64,000 bases of DNA from a virus. A program made the position numbers and the translations under genes. The notes beneath the pieces were generated by a model. It did no database searches. It had not been told where the DNA came from and worked only from the letters and a program-made list of their open reading frames with translations. Within the stretch, counting starts at the first letter, position 1. The number at the start of each line of letters is the position of its first letter. Positions 46,419 to 55,542 of the stretch are shown here, piece after piece. The stretch lies in IMG/VR virus record IMGVR_UViG_3300023084_000004; one strand, 5' to 3'.

Positions 46419-46968
46419 ATCTTTTATTACAATGTTTTTTTGCTTTTTCGAGTACTCTAAGATTACTGTGAACAACAACAGAAGTTAACATAAGTGTAGG
46501 CATCAAGATTTCATTTGTGATTGTTTGTCTTTTTTGAATCTCTGGTAATATAGATCCAAATATTGCTGTTTTAAGAAGTACCATTTCATGTATCTCTGGC
46601 ACTCTTGGTAATAAAGGATTCAATTCATATACACAATCGTAAGCGAGGGCTTTTTTGGTAGACCAGATATCTGCAGCTTGAACGAGAAAAAAGATCGTCC
46701 AGGTGGCTAAGCTGGCAGGTTCCTCCTCTGTTATTTTAAATTCAGGAAAAATTAATGTTGATTGAATGTGAGATGGATGTGGTAAATTAACAATTGAGCC
46801 ATTAGGCATTATTCTTGCTTGACCTATAATAACTCTTTGAACATATTCGTCATTGTATGGTGCAGTATAACCTGCTTCAAACATTACTCTTTGTATATCA
46901 GTGTACCCTGCATATACTGGAAAACTTAAAAAAAGTAATCCGATAAGTAATTTATTTAGTAGTCGCAA
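46417..46968 (-). CDS. Exported/membrane hypothetical protein
   Basis: Signal peptide; AADIWST..AL...ELNPLL motif. Confidence 0.7.
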   Translation of the reverse strand: MRLLNKLLIGLLFLSFPVYAGYTDIQRVMFEAGYTAPYNDEYVQRVIIGQARIMPNGSIVNLPHPSHIQSTLIFPEFKITEEEPASLATWTIFFLVQAADIWSTKKALAYDCVYELNPLLPRVPEIHEMVLLKTAIFGSILPEIQKRQTITNEILMPTLMLTSVVVHSNLRVLEKAKKHCNKR

Positions 46969-48991
46969 TGAAAATCCCGTCCCAATCTTTGGGTAGATCT
47001 TGCGTTTTCATATATTCACAACGCTCTATCCACATGGTATAATATCCAGCCATCTGACCTTCAAAACATTCCATTAAATCATTACATATTTTTATGGCTT
47101 TATCAAAGTTTTGTTTTCTATAATTCATATGCATAGCTTCATGCATCTCAGCCGGTTTAATATATTTATCCTTATTTAAATCTAAAACTGTGTATATCTC
47201 AATGCCTACTGATTTGCCCTTTACAGCAAGATCATCTACTTTCAAAAAGAAAAAGTCATTTCGACATCTTTCAACAGTTGCGCCACCTACTAAAAGCAAA
47301 CAACCATATTCTTTACATTTAGATTCTATTCGTGCTGCTGTTGATACTGCATCTCCAAGAACATCATAACTATGTCGCTCTGTAGAACCCATTTCACCAA
47401 GATATCCGAGACCAGTATTAATACCGGCACCCATACCAATTGGTGGTCTTCCTTCAGCAATAATCTTTTTATTAAATTCTTCTACAGATTTAAGCATGTT
47501 CAATCCAGTTTGAACAGCAGTTTTAGGGTGGTCAGGATCTTCTATAGGTGCGTTGTGGATGTGCATCGACGCATCGCCTATATATTTAATAATCATTCCA
47601 TCAGCGTTAAGGACAGGCTCAGTGATTGAATCCATATATCCATTCATTAATTTCGTTAATCCTTGTACGTCATCTCCAAAGCTTTCACCTAAAGGTGTAA
47701 ATCCTCTTAAATCAGAAAAACAAATACTAATTTCTTTTTTCATTCCCTCTTTAACGAGAGAAGGATTCTCTTGGAGTAAACGAACGACTGTAGGAGAAGC
47801 ATACCCAGCAAATTGTTTTGCTAGTTGACGTTTCTCTAAAAACGTGATAAAATACTTGTTAAAACTTGATTGAGCAAATACTACTAAGGAAGCAAATGAA
47901 CTCATTGTGGCGTCAACGAATAGCAGCGAATCAGTCCATAAATAATATGATATTAATGAAGAGGAAGCGAGCAGAAATAAACTCGTTGTCAATCCAAGAA
48001 TTGTGGGCAAAATATAGACCGCTCCAAGGATACCTAGACTCAGTAAGACCAGAAGAAGCAGCTCGACTATTGGCTGCCAGTCGGGAATCTGTATTTCAAC
48101 TCCTGAAAGGACGGTCTGAACCAGGTGTGCTTGAACTTCGTGAGGATACTTTGCACCCGTTGGGGTTGCGACTGGATTAGCATATCCTTCTGCTGTAATA
48201 CCAAATATTAATACCTTTCCATCTGGTAAAGGATCAAGTATACTTACTTGTTCAAATTCGTTCCAGAAAGCAATTGGTATTTCGGCAAAACTATTTGTTG
48301 TGATAGGATCTTGACGACCCATACGAATCCACTCAACTCCGAGTGGACCTACTTTCATTTGATAACTGGGTTCTCCTGTGAACACTCGTAATGTATCGAG
48401 TGCGAGAGATGGATAGGGATTCCCGGCTGCTCTGACCACGAGTGGTGCTCTACGCACAACTCCTGTTGGTTCATCAGGAACAGCAACGGTGGCACCAACA
48501 CCAAAAGCGTAATCAGCAAGAGGTTGAATAGGGTACAATAATCCTGGAAATTCATAAAGCCAATTTTCATTTTGTTCTCCAAAGGTAGCAACACCAACAA
48601 AGGTGCCAACTCCATCTGATGTTTGTTGAGTAGGAGCAGAAGATAATACAACAGCTTTTTGTGCCATTGCTTCTGCAAGTTGATTATCTCCTCCGAACCT
48701 ATCAGATTCGGAATAGATCATATTTAAGACATAAAGAGAATTAGGAGAATTGTTATTAAGGTACTTAGCAACAATATCCCGAGGCCACGGATATTGGCCT
48801 TCAGCTGCGATAGCTCTTTCGTCAATGTTGACGAGGACAATATCGGTTGATTGTATTTTTTCTTGTTCTGATTGAAGATAGTCATAATATGCATATTCTA
48901 TACTTTGAATAAAGTTTGGATTAGAAATTGATAAGGTTGCAAATCCAGCAATTGTTATTAATACTGTCCACCACTTTGTTAACCATTTCAT
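46952..48991 (-). CDS. CHASE2-domain membrane class III adenylate cyclase
   Basis: IVLVNIDE..I...GQYPWPR and PTGVVRR (CHASE2); three TM helices; FSDLRGFT, KYIGDA, GAGINTG, YDVLGDAV..AARIE; TPR-like tail. Confidence 0.92.
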   Translation of the reverse strand: MKWLTKWWTVLITIAGFATLSISNPNFIQSIEYAYYDYLQSEQEKIQSTDIVLVNIDERAIAAEGQYPWPRDIVAKYLNNNSPNSLYVLNMIYSESDRFGGDNQLAEAMAQKAVVLSSAPTQQTSDGVGTFVGVATFGEQNENWLYEFPGLLYPIQPLADYAFGVGATVAVPDEPTGVVRRAPLVVRAAGNPYPSLALDTLRVFTGEPSYQMKVGPLGVEWIRMGRQDPITTNSFAEIPIAFWNEFEQVSILDPLPDGKVLIFGITAEGYANPVATPTGAKYPHEVQAHLVQTVLSGVEIQIPDWQPIVELLLLVLLSLGILGAVYILPTILGLTTSLFLLASSSLISYYLWTDSLLFVDATMSSFASLVVFAQSSFNKYFITFLEKRQLAKQFAGYASPTVVRLLQENPSLVKEGMKKEISICFSDLRGFTPLGESFGDDVQGLTKLMNGYMDSITEPVLNADGMIIKYIGDASMHIHNAPIEDPDHPKTAVQTGLNMLKSVEEFNKKIIAEGRPPIGMGAGINTGLGYLGEMGSTERHSYDVLGDAVSTAARIESKCKEYGCLLLVGGATVERCRNDFFFLKVDDLAVKGKSVGIEIYTVLDLNKDKYIKPAEMHEAMHMNYRKQNFDKAIKICNDLMECFEGQMAGYYTMWIERCEYMKTQDLPKDWDGIFIATTK

Positions 48992-49731
48992 TATTGGCCC
49001 TGCGTTACTGATACACTACAACCACCTACAGTATAACAGGTTTGATTGAGTGAATATGATTTATTTAAAGTCGAATCTTGTAAAAGTGTTATATCAGTTC
49101 CGTATGTTCCGTCAAGTCTTATCCATGCATAATGACTTCCACTATTTTTTTGAACAACATCAACAATATTACCATCATTGTAAATATCTAAATCTAATGT
49201 ATGTCCACCACCTTCTCTTTGAATAGTAGATATATCATTATAATCTCCTTCAATATGTAAACCATACCAATGACCTGAAGAAGTACTGTTTGTTCGTTGA
49301 GTCATTTCTATATTGTTGTAATCACCAGTGACATTGATATGAGCAAAGGTATCACCATATTCATCATTGTCTATAGAAAAACTTCCGTCTCCATTAATGA
49401 TATATCCTTGAGCAAGTTTTAGATCGTTTCCTATTCCCCAAACTCTACGAATCTCTATGATGTTTTTATCAGTAGAACTACCATAGTTCTTATTTTGTGC
49501 AATAGAGATAGTATTGTCTGCACCATCTATTCCTTCTGTTGATGACCATTGTTTAATGATATTGCTATAACCTATTTGTGTTATATTTAGATCAAAATTG
49601 TCACCAGTCTGTTCTATTGTGATTTCATTATCTGCATAGGCTTTACCGGCTGCCAAAAGAAAATACATTCCTAATAGGCACCAACTAAATCCTAATAACC
49701 ATTTATCTAATTTTCTATCAAATTCGTCCAT
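48991..49731 (-). CDS. Secreted curlin-like repeat protein
   Basis: Signal/TM segment; repeated I-x-Q-x-G-x-x-N units (ITIEQTGDN, LNITQIGYSN). Confidence 0.65.
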   Translation of the reverse strand: MDEFDRKLDKWLLGFSWCLLGMYFLLAAGKAYADNEITIEQTGDNFDLNITQIGYSNIIKQWSSTEGIDGADNTISIAQNKNYGSSTDKNIIEIRRVWGIGNDLKLAQGYIINGDGSFSIDNDEYGDTFAHINVTGDYNNIEMTQRTNSTSSGHWYGLHIEGDYNDISTIQREGGGHTLDLDIYNDGNIVDVVQKNSGSHYAWIRLDGTYGTDITLLQDSTLNKSYSLNQTCYTVGGCSVSVTQGQ

Positions 49732-49739
49732 AAACTTAT

Positions 49740-50903
49740 TTATCCACCCTGTCTTATAATTACTGTTGAGTTATTACCGCCATTTAGATCAATGATCCCA
49801 CTATATCCTTCTACTTCTGTATTTACTTTTACTGAAGCATCTACGGCAAATGCTAATTGAATCTTTCCATTTGCCAAACGATAAAAAATTATTTTACCGT
49901 TATCTTCATAAATGTTATATTGAGAATCTGAATTTAAACCAAATCCTGCACCTTTTAATTCTGCGCCCATCGCATTATTTGATACTGCACTATCATCTAA
50001 TGAAGCTGTTGTTTTTACGAGATCATCAATTACATTTAATAAATCAACAAGAAAATCTACATCTAAAAAATCAATATCAAGTTCTGAAAATTCTAATTCG
50101 TCTTCCGCTAATGCATCATATTCTAATTCGTTAAATTCTAAAAAGTCAACATCAAGCAATCCTTGATCATCATTATTTTCATCGTTATATTCTTCTTCTA
50201 ATGCTCTTTTTACTTCAGGAGGTGGAGACACAATGAACATATTATCAATAACATTTGCTGTTATATTTGAAATATTAATCTGTCTTGTTGGCGGATCATC
50301 TAATGTAGAAACCATTGTTGCTGCGTAAGCTTCTTCTAAAGTAATCGTACCTCCTAAATTAGATACTTCAATTGTTCCTGATGGATTACCATATTGATCT
50401 GGTAAAAGTATGACCAGTGATCTTCCAAGCTCATCTATGGTGGTTGTGAAATCTGTTCCGCGTACCGCAATACTTGCAGTAGGTGTTTGTATGTCTATAT
50501 TACTTTTATTTACCATACCCAAACGACCTGATGCAAATCGTGCAGTGCCTAATGCCATACGCATTGCCATTTTGGATTTACTTGGATCAGGATCGTAGTA
50601 TACACTATCAATGTATACTTTGGTATTTTCGGTAAGACTGAGTTCTGCTTTATCTAAGAATTCGATAAGCATTCGGCCATTCTCAGTTTCGGCCGTATCA
50701 TTAATGACAATGTCAGGTACTTGTTGGTCTGACACCTCAAGAGTTGCACCTGCTTCTCTTGTAATAGAACCAGTTCCTGTGTGTTCAACAATATTGCCAA
50801 TTGGGTCTGCTGCAGACAAACCCAATGGCAACAAAGTGAAAACACTAAGTATCGTTAGACGAATCTTTTTGATTAATCTGGATAGTAGCATTGTCAGAAT
50901 CAA
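49740..50903 (-). CDS. FecR-domain protein
   Basis: Signal peptide; DTAET.NG..., L.ENT, G..RF.SG, TPTASIAVRGTDF; start may be 50891. Confidence 0.8.
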   Translation of the reverse strand: MILTMLLSRLIKKIRLTILSVFTLLPLGLSAADPIGNIVEHTGTGSITREAGATLEVSDQQVPDIVINDTAETENGRMLIEFLDKAELSLTENTKVYIDSVYYDPDPSKSKMAMRMALGTARFASGRLGMVNKSNIDIQTPTASIAVRGTDFTTTIDELGRSLVILLPDQYGNPSGTIEVSNLGGTITLEEAYAATMVSTLDDPPTRQINISNITANVIDNMFIVSPPPEVKRALEEEYNDENNDDQGLLDVDFLEFNELEYDALAEDELEFSELDIDFLDVDFLVDLLNVIDDLVKTTASLDDSAVSNNAMGAELKGAGFGLNSDSQYNIYEDNGKIIFYRLANGKIQLAFAVDASVKVNTEVEGYSGIIDLNGGNNSTVIIRQGG

Positions 50904-51576
50904 TGTCTAAAGTTATAATCCCATTACAGGTTGATACACCTGTAGGACATGTTCCACTTAATTGATTGATATCTATATCGGCACTATCTCCAACGTGAGT
51001 CATATTGATTTCGTGCTCAGCACCATCTTTTTGCATTGTGTTAATGTTATTTGAATCTCCAGTAATATCGAAGTTCCAAATCGCATCATCAACATCAATG
51101 TCAATATCAAATACGTTAGTTGAACCGAGAACAGATAAATCAAAATCCAATCTCTCGGCACTTGCGTTATAACCTAGATCGAAATCCATAGTGTTGCTAT
51201 CACCAGTTATATCAGACAAAATGTTTGCTGAATCTGATGAACCAACATAACCAATGTTCCAATCCCAACTATTACTATCTCCAGTCCAAGTAAGATCTAT
51301 TGTTGAACTGTCTAATGTAATAGGACCAAAAAGCAAATTGCTATTACCAATTTGATTAATGTCAATATTCAAAGTTGCACCAATAATAGACATTGCTGAA
51401 ACTGATCCTGAAGAAGCGTTATCTCCTCCAACTTTGTTTCCATATCCATATTGGTCAATATATAAAGTCAATGTATCACCTTGTTGGTCAATATTGATTT
51501 CGTTATCGTCCGTTGCTTGCGCAAATGCGAAAGTAGAAACAAAAACTAAACTTAGGCCTAATAGTTTTTTAATCAT
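50845..51576 (-). CDS. Secreted curlin-like beta-solenoid repeat protein
   Basis: Signal peptide ending AFA; NEINIDQQGD, IDINQIGNSN, ITGDSN repeats. Confidence 0.65.
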   Translation of the reverse strand: MIKKLLGLSLVFVSTFAFAQATDDNEINIDQQGDTLTLYIDQYGYGNKVGGDNASSGSVSAMSIIGATLNIDINQIGNSNLLFGPITLDSSTIDLTWTGDSNSWDWNIGYVGSSDSANILSDITGDSNTMDFDLGYNASAERLDFDLSVLGSTNVFDIDIDVDDAIWNFDITGDSNNINTMQKDGAEHEINMTHVGDSADIDINQLSGTCPTGVSTCNGIITLDIDSDNATIQINQKDSSNDT

Positions 51577-52487
51577 TCTTCTTCCCCGTTATTTTGTTTG
51601 TTTATTTTCCAGAAACCACGACGATCTCCTTGATAAACCATTTCCAATACGGCAGCTTCAATTGCTGTTCGTACTGCATACGTCACACTTTCATTATTTC
51701 CTACACCGTCTTCATATTCAATCAACTGCGTTCCCTGCTCGATGAATCTAAAAACATCGCCTCCGGCACCATAACTTAAAATTGTTTTTTTCGTTTGTAC
51801 ATTAAGTAATACTTCACCAGTTAAAACTGATACTGCTCTTAATGAAATAGTAACTTGATCTTGTCTATATTGACGAGTAATACCTAATCCTAGCGTCCTT
51901 GCTCCGATACCGCCCGTTCTTAAGTTACTATCATATCCAATAATACCGCCTTCAATTATCATTCCTGCGAATAAAAGTGGTCCAAGATTTGGAGCATCTT
52001 CTCCAGTTATCTTTGCGGCTTCTTCTCGACCACTACGAATAATTTGTCTTTCTCTAACAAGAGCATCAATCCCTTGTCTTTCAGCAACTCTAAACCATTT
52101 ACCATCTCCTGCAGTTTTGAGTGCATCAATTAATAATTCTGTTCCACCTTGTGTTACCGCAGTGGAGAAACTTTGTCCTGTGACTGAATCTTTACGTTGT
52201 CCTGTTTTATCTAAAAAGTTATATACAGCAACCACCGGCATTTGTTCGGCTGGCGGTAAATTTAATAATTCTATATAAGATGGTAATCTTACAACTTCAG
52301 GATTATCTGCGCATATTAATTGTTGTGCATAAAACTTTCTTACGCCTGTATAAACGTCTCTTCCAAATCCTTCTGAATATTTACCTTTACCATATTCACA
52401 TTGACCAGGATTTTCATTCCATTGCGGAATAGATGCACAACCTGTAATAAGAAGTAATAGACTAACCGCCGTCAGGATTCGAGTCAT
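51573..52487 (-). CDS. csgG: Curli secretion channel lipoprotein CsgG
   Basis: Lipobox LITGC; VAVYNF.DKTGQRK, FSTAVTQGG, WFRVAERQG, EGGIIGYD, YRQDQVT..LR.VS..TGEVL; start moved to 52487. Confidence 0.92.
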   Translation of the reverse strand: MTRILTAVSLLLLITGCASIPQWNENPGQCEYGKGKYSEGFGRDVYTGVRKFYAQQLICADNPEVVRLPSYIELLNLPPAEQMPVVAVYNFLDKTGQRKDSVTGQSFSTAVTQGGTELLIDALKTAGDGKWFRVAERQGIDALVRERQIIRSGREEAAKITGEDAPNLGPLLFAGMIIEGGIIGYDSNLRTGGIGARTLGLGITRQYRQDQVTISLRAVSVLTGEVLLNVQTKKTILSYGAGGDVFRFIEQGTQLIEYEDGVGNNESVTYAVRTAIEAAVLEMVYQGDRRGFWKINKQNNGEEE

Positions 52488-52992
52488 CAGTTCCTCCGCC
52501 GAAGTTACCACTACCAATAGGTATTTCAATCACGGTCGTTGTCCCATCTTCCCCGACAATCGTCATCTTAATATATTCAGTACCATCTGTGTTTGTAATT
52601 ACTTCATATGTTACTGTTGATCCTTCCAATACAAAGGATCCATACCTTACAGGATTATCATTAGAGAACATATTGTCTACTAACTGTTTTGCTAATTGAG
52701 CATAAATCCTGCTTTCAAGATTTCTTATAAACTTTGCTAAAATTGTATTATCTGCTTCTCGTTCTGCTGCCTTTCTTGCAGCTTCCATTGCATCTTCGAT
52801 TTGTTTCTTTCTACTAAATTCTTGGTTCTCAATAGTTAAATAATGAGCACCAGTTCCAATTCCGCTGAATGATGGATTTTTAAATTTTTGTACTATAGGT
52901 TCACCATATACTTTTCCTGTTGCAAGTAAAAGATATGTAATAAGTATTACCCAACCAATAGCAAGTAAACCTCTATCATCAGTTTTTTTCAT
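52462..52992 (-). CDS. csgF: Curli assembly component CsgF
   Basis: FKNPSFSG....HYL..ENQE; FIRNLESRIY.QL. Confidence 0.85.
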   Translation of the reverse strand: MKKTDDRGLLAIGWVILITYLLLATGKVYGEPIVQKFKNPSFSGIGTGAHYLTIENQEFSRKKQIEDAMEAARKAAEREADNTILAKFIRNLESRIYAQLAKQLVDNMFSNDNPVRYGSFVLEGSTVTYEVITNTDGTEYIKMTIVGEDGTTTVIEIPIGSGNFGGGTDDSNPDGG

Positions 52993-53254
52993 TATTTTTA
53001 GAATCCTCTTTTAATCTTTCAATTTCTCTATATTTTAATACGACATCTACTTTTTGTTGTAAACGAATGAGGTCTTGATCTAACATTCTCATGCGATCAA
53101 TTACTTTGATAAGTTGCATGTGCATTTTATCTATTGTAGGAATAATATTTTCGTTTATAAAATTCCACACAAAATACACAAAATATCCTAAACCAATTAC
53201 CATCACTGTAGGAAAGCCATATTCAGATACGGCAGTAACTATATCAAATTCCAT
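52979..53254 (-). CDS. Small membrane/coiled-coil protein
   Basis: YGFP followed by a TM helix and heptads. Confidence 0.75.
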   Translation of the reverse strand: MEFDIVTAVSEYGFPTVMVIGLGYFVYFVWNFINENIIPTIDKMHMQLIKVIDRMRMLDQDLIRLQQKVDVVLKYREIERLKEDSKNNEKN

Positions 53255-53456
53255 CGAACAAATCCAATTGTTTTGGATTATATGGTTTCCTATTAGTCCT
53301 TATCAAAGCGGCGGCACCGTTGTAATGTTCCATCGCAACAAATTTATCACCAGCTTTCCAATTCAATTTTTCTAGTGTTAATTCACCGTCAGATTCGTCA
53401 AATATTAGTAAATCTCCACCGGGTATTACCGTGAAATGATAACCACAATATAGCAT
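53244..53456 (-). CDS. Hypothetical protein (AbrB/SpoVT-like pattern)
   Basis: LEKLNWKAGDKF; fills the operon gap exactly. Confidence 0.5.
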   Translation of the reverse strand: MLYCGYHFTVIPGGDLLIFDESDGELTLEKLNWKAGDKFVAMEHYNGAAALIRTNRKPYNPKQLDLFDGI

Positions 53457-53752
53457 TAATCTCTCCTTACGTCGAGTTTTCCGTCTTCTATAAAATTTTC
53501 CGCTCGAGCAATTCGCTCAATATCAGGATTTAATCCAAGTGCGCTAGAAACGAGTAAATCTATTTTAACCATCTCATTTGACATAGTTCTCGCTCTGTTT
53601 TCTAGGCTTTCACAGAACATATTCAACGTATTAATGCTATCAACTATTCCTTCAAAAATTTGTTTAATAATAATAAAGAGGAATGCTCCCATTACTAATG
53701 CACCTGCTATAGGTAAGCCTAAATCAGCTATTAGCTGGAGTATAGATTCCAT
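53456..53752 (-). CDS. Small membrane/coiled-coil protein, paralog of 52979-53254
   Basis: LGLP followed by a TM helix and heptads. Confidence 0.75.
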   Translation of the reverse strand: MESILQLIADLGLPIAGALVMGAFLFIIIKQIFEGIVDSINTLNMFCESLENRARTMSNEMVKIDLLVSSALGLNPDIERIARAENFIEDGKLDVRRD

Positions 53753-53801
53753 ATTATCCTTTTATTTTTTTTATAATGATACAATAAAAACTGTATCGTA
53801 C

Positions 53802-53809
53802 TATTTATA
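53802..53809 (-). promoter_or_regulatory. T4-type late promoter for the csg-cyclase operon
   Basis: TATAAATA on the minus strand about 50 nt before the first ORF. Confidence 0.6.
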
Positions 53810-53940
53810 ATATAACTGTACACAATAAAGCAATTTAATATATGCCACCAGAGCCTCTCAGATCACTCAGATTACACGGAAATCTTATACCATTTAGATA
53901 TACTTACTTTTTTCAGGGGCTTTCTGGTGTAAATTTTGTG

Positions 53941-54022
53941 AAAAAAAGTGAAAAAAAGTGAAAAAAAGGGTTGACATTTGCTTTGAGATGATGTATAATG
54001 GTAACATAAATTAGGAAAAGGA
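53941..54022 (+). repeat. Early-promoter cassette copy 3 with phased A-tracts
   Basis: (A7GTG)x2 then A7GGG TTGACATTTGCTTTGAGATGATGTATAAT...CATAAATTAGGAAAAGGA. Confidence 0.85.
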
Positions 54023-54030
54023 GTTAAATT

Positions 54031-54384
54031 ATGGCTGATTATTCTTACTGGGGTGGAACAGGAAAGTTTCAAGACCTCGCCGATAAAATGCAAAACATGG
54101 TTCCAGTATCTGGTCCTTGTTACAACATACCTGATGATGATACTTCAGGAATCAATAAGCCTCTTGACACATTTCGTCAAGTTGTCAACGCATACTACGA
54201 CATCTTCAACAATGGTGGATGTAATAACGATACTCGTAAAGTTTCAAAATTCTTCCCAGGTGTAATGCAACATCTTCGTGGACGTAATTTCAATAATCCT
54301 GATTGGGATACTATCTCTTCTAAAGCTGATGCTCTTATGGATAAGCATGTCCAACGAGCTGCTAAGTCTATGGATTTACTTTAA
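54031..54384 (+). CDS. Hypothetical early protein
   Basis: Behind cassette; YYDIFNNGGCN motif. Confidence 0.75.
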   Translation: MADYSYWGGTGKFQDLADKMQNMVPVSGPCYNIPDDDTSGINKPLDTFRQVVNAYYDIFNNGGCNNDTRKVSKFFPGVMQHLRGRNFNNPDWDTISSKADALMDKHVQRAAKSMDLL

Positions 54385-54419
54385 AAGTGAAAAAAGTGCA
54401 ACTTTTTTGCAAAAAACAG

Positions 54420-54472
54420 TTGACATTTGCTTTGAGATGATGTATAATGGTAACATAAATTAGGAAAAAGGA
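54420..54472 (+). repeat. Early-promoter cassette copy 4
   Basis: TTGACATTTGCTTTGAGATGATGTATAATGGTAACATAAATTAGGAAAA identical to copy 3. Confidence 0.85.
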
Positions 54473-54481
54473 AAAAAGAAT

Positions 54482-54739
54482 ATGTTTAGAATCCCTCATT
54501 TTTATCAAGAAGACAACCTGGACTTCAACGTTGCAGCTGACTGCATCACAAGGTTTGGTGGTGGTGACTTGTTGACTGGCATGAAGAAAATGGACCAACT
54601 TTGGTCAGATTATGTAAACTTACCAGGTGAAGAGCAAGACGATGATGAGTTCTTCGGTGGTTGGTGTTATGAAGTCAATGCTTATAATGTAGTTTACGAA
54701 GGTATGGCGAAGTTGTTTGCCCCCAAAGAAGCCGCATAA
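54482..54739 (+). CDS. Hypothetical early protein
   Basis: Behind cassette. Confidence 0.75.
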   Translation: MFRIPHFYQEDNLDFNVAADCITRFGGGDLLTGMKKMDQLWSDYVNLPGEEQDDDEFFGGWCYEVNAYNVVYEGMAKLFAPKEAA

Positions 54740-54814
54740 AAAAAGTAAAAAAAGGTTGACATTTACTCGAGACTGTAGTATAATGTTAACCTCAATGGAG
54801 AAAGGTGATATATT

Positions 54815-55309
54815 ATGAAAATCGTTATTCAAACTCAATACTGCGAAAACTACGCTTGGAATGAGGACGGTACTTTAGGTACTGGTCCTGATGCTTATTG
54901 GAAGTTCAAGGGTGGTTCTGGGTATGTGGTTGATTGTAACCTAGAACAGGCGCAATCAAAAGATTTCTGGCAAATGCTAGAAGATCATGTGTGTTATGCT
55001 AACGATGCTTCAAAGGAGTATATCCTTTCTATGGAGTTGTTCGATGAATGTGATTTCAAAATGGAAGACCACTTCCAGGAGTGGGAAACTCCAATCATGA
55101 TAACTCCAACTTCTTTTGGTCTCATTGCCAGTAAGAAATACATTAATGATGAATTTGGTTATATGAGGCCTGAGATTAAGTCCAAGTTTGAATCTTGGTC
55201 TATGCTTCCAGGACAAGAGAGAAAGGGTTACTCTTGTTCTTTCACTATGGAAGATGGATTGATTCTATCTTCTGATGAACTATCAACCTATCTTAATAAA
55301 GCCGCTTAA
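54815..55309 (+). CDS. Hypothetical early protein
   Basis: TQY.ENY...YWKFKGG motif; promoter TTGACA 54756 / TATAAT 54779. Confidence 0.75.
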   Translation: MKIVIQTQYCENYAWNEDGTLGTGPDAYWKFKGGSGYVVDCNLEQAQSKDFWQMLEDHVCYANDASKEYILSMELFDECDFKMEDHFQEWETPIMITPTSFGLIASKKYINDEFGYMRPEIKSKFESWSMLPGQERKGYSCSFTMEDGLILSSDELSTYLNKAA

Positions 55310-55323
55310 AGAGGAAACATATA

Positions 55324-55542
55324 ATGATCCATACATATTCGCCTAAAATCGATGCTGATGAAATTGTATCTCGAAAGTCTATCGAAGAAGCGATTGCTTG
55401 GAGGCAAAATAAACTTGAAACTCTAAATGAATTTTTACCGTATGCTGATGGACAAGCATACTATCAAGATAAAGAAAAAATCCGTGGGCTTACTTTAGAG
55501 CTTGCGGAATTAAAGGAACACTTAGCTAATCTCGAAGAATGA
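55324..55542 (+). CDS. Hypothetical protein
   Basis: GAGGA RBS. Confidence 0.65.
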   Translation: MIHTYSPKIDADEIVSRKSIEEAIAWRQNKLETLNEFLPYADGQAYYQDKEKIRGLTLELAELKEHLANLEE

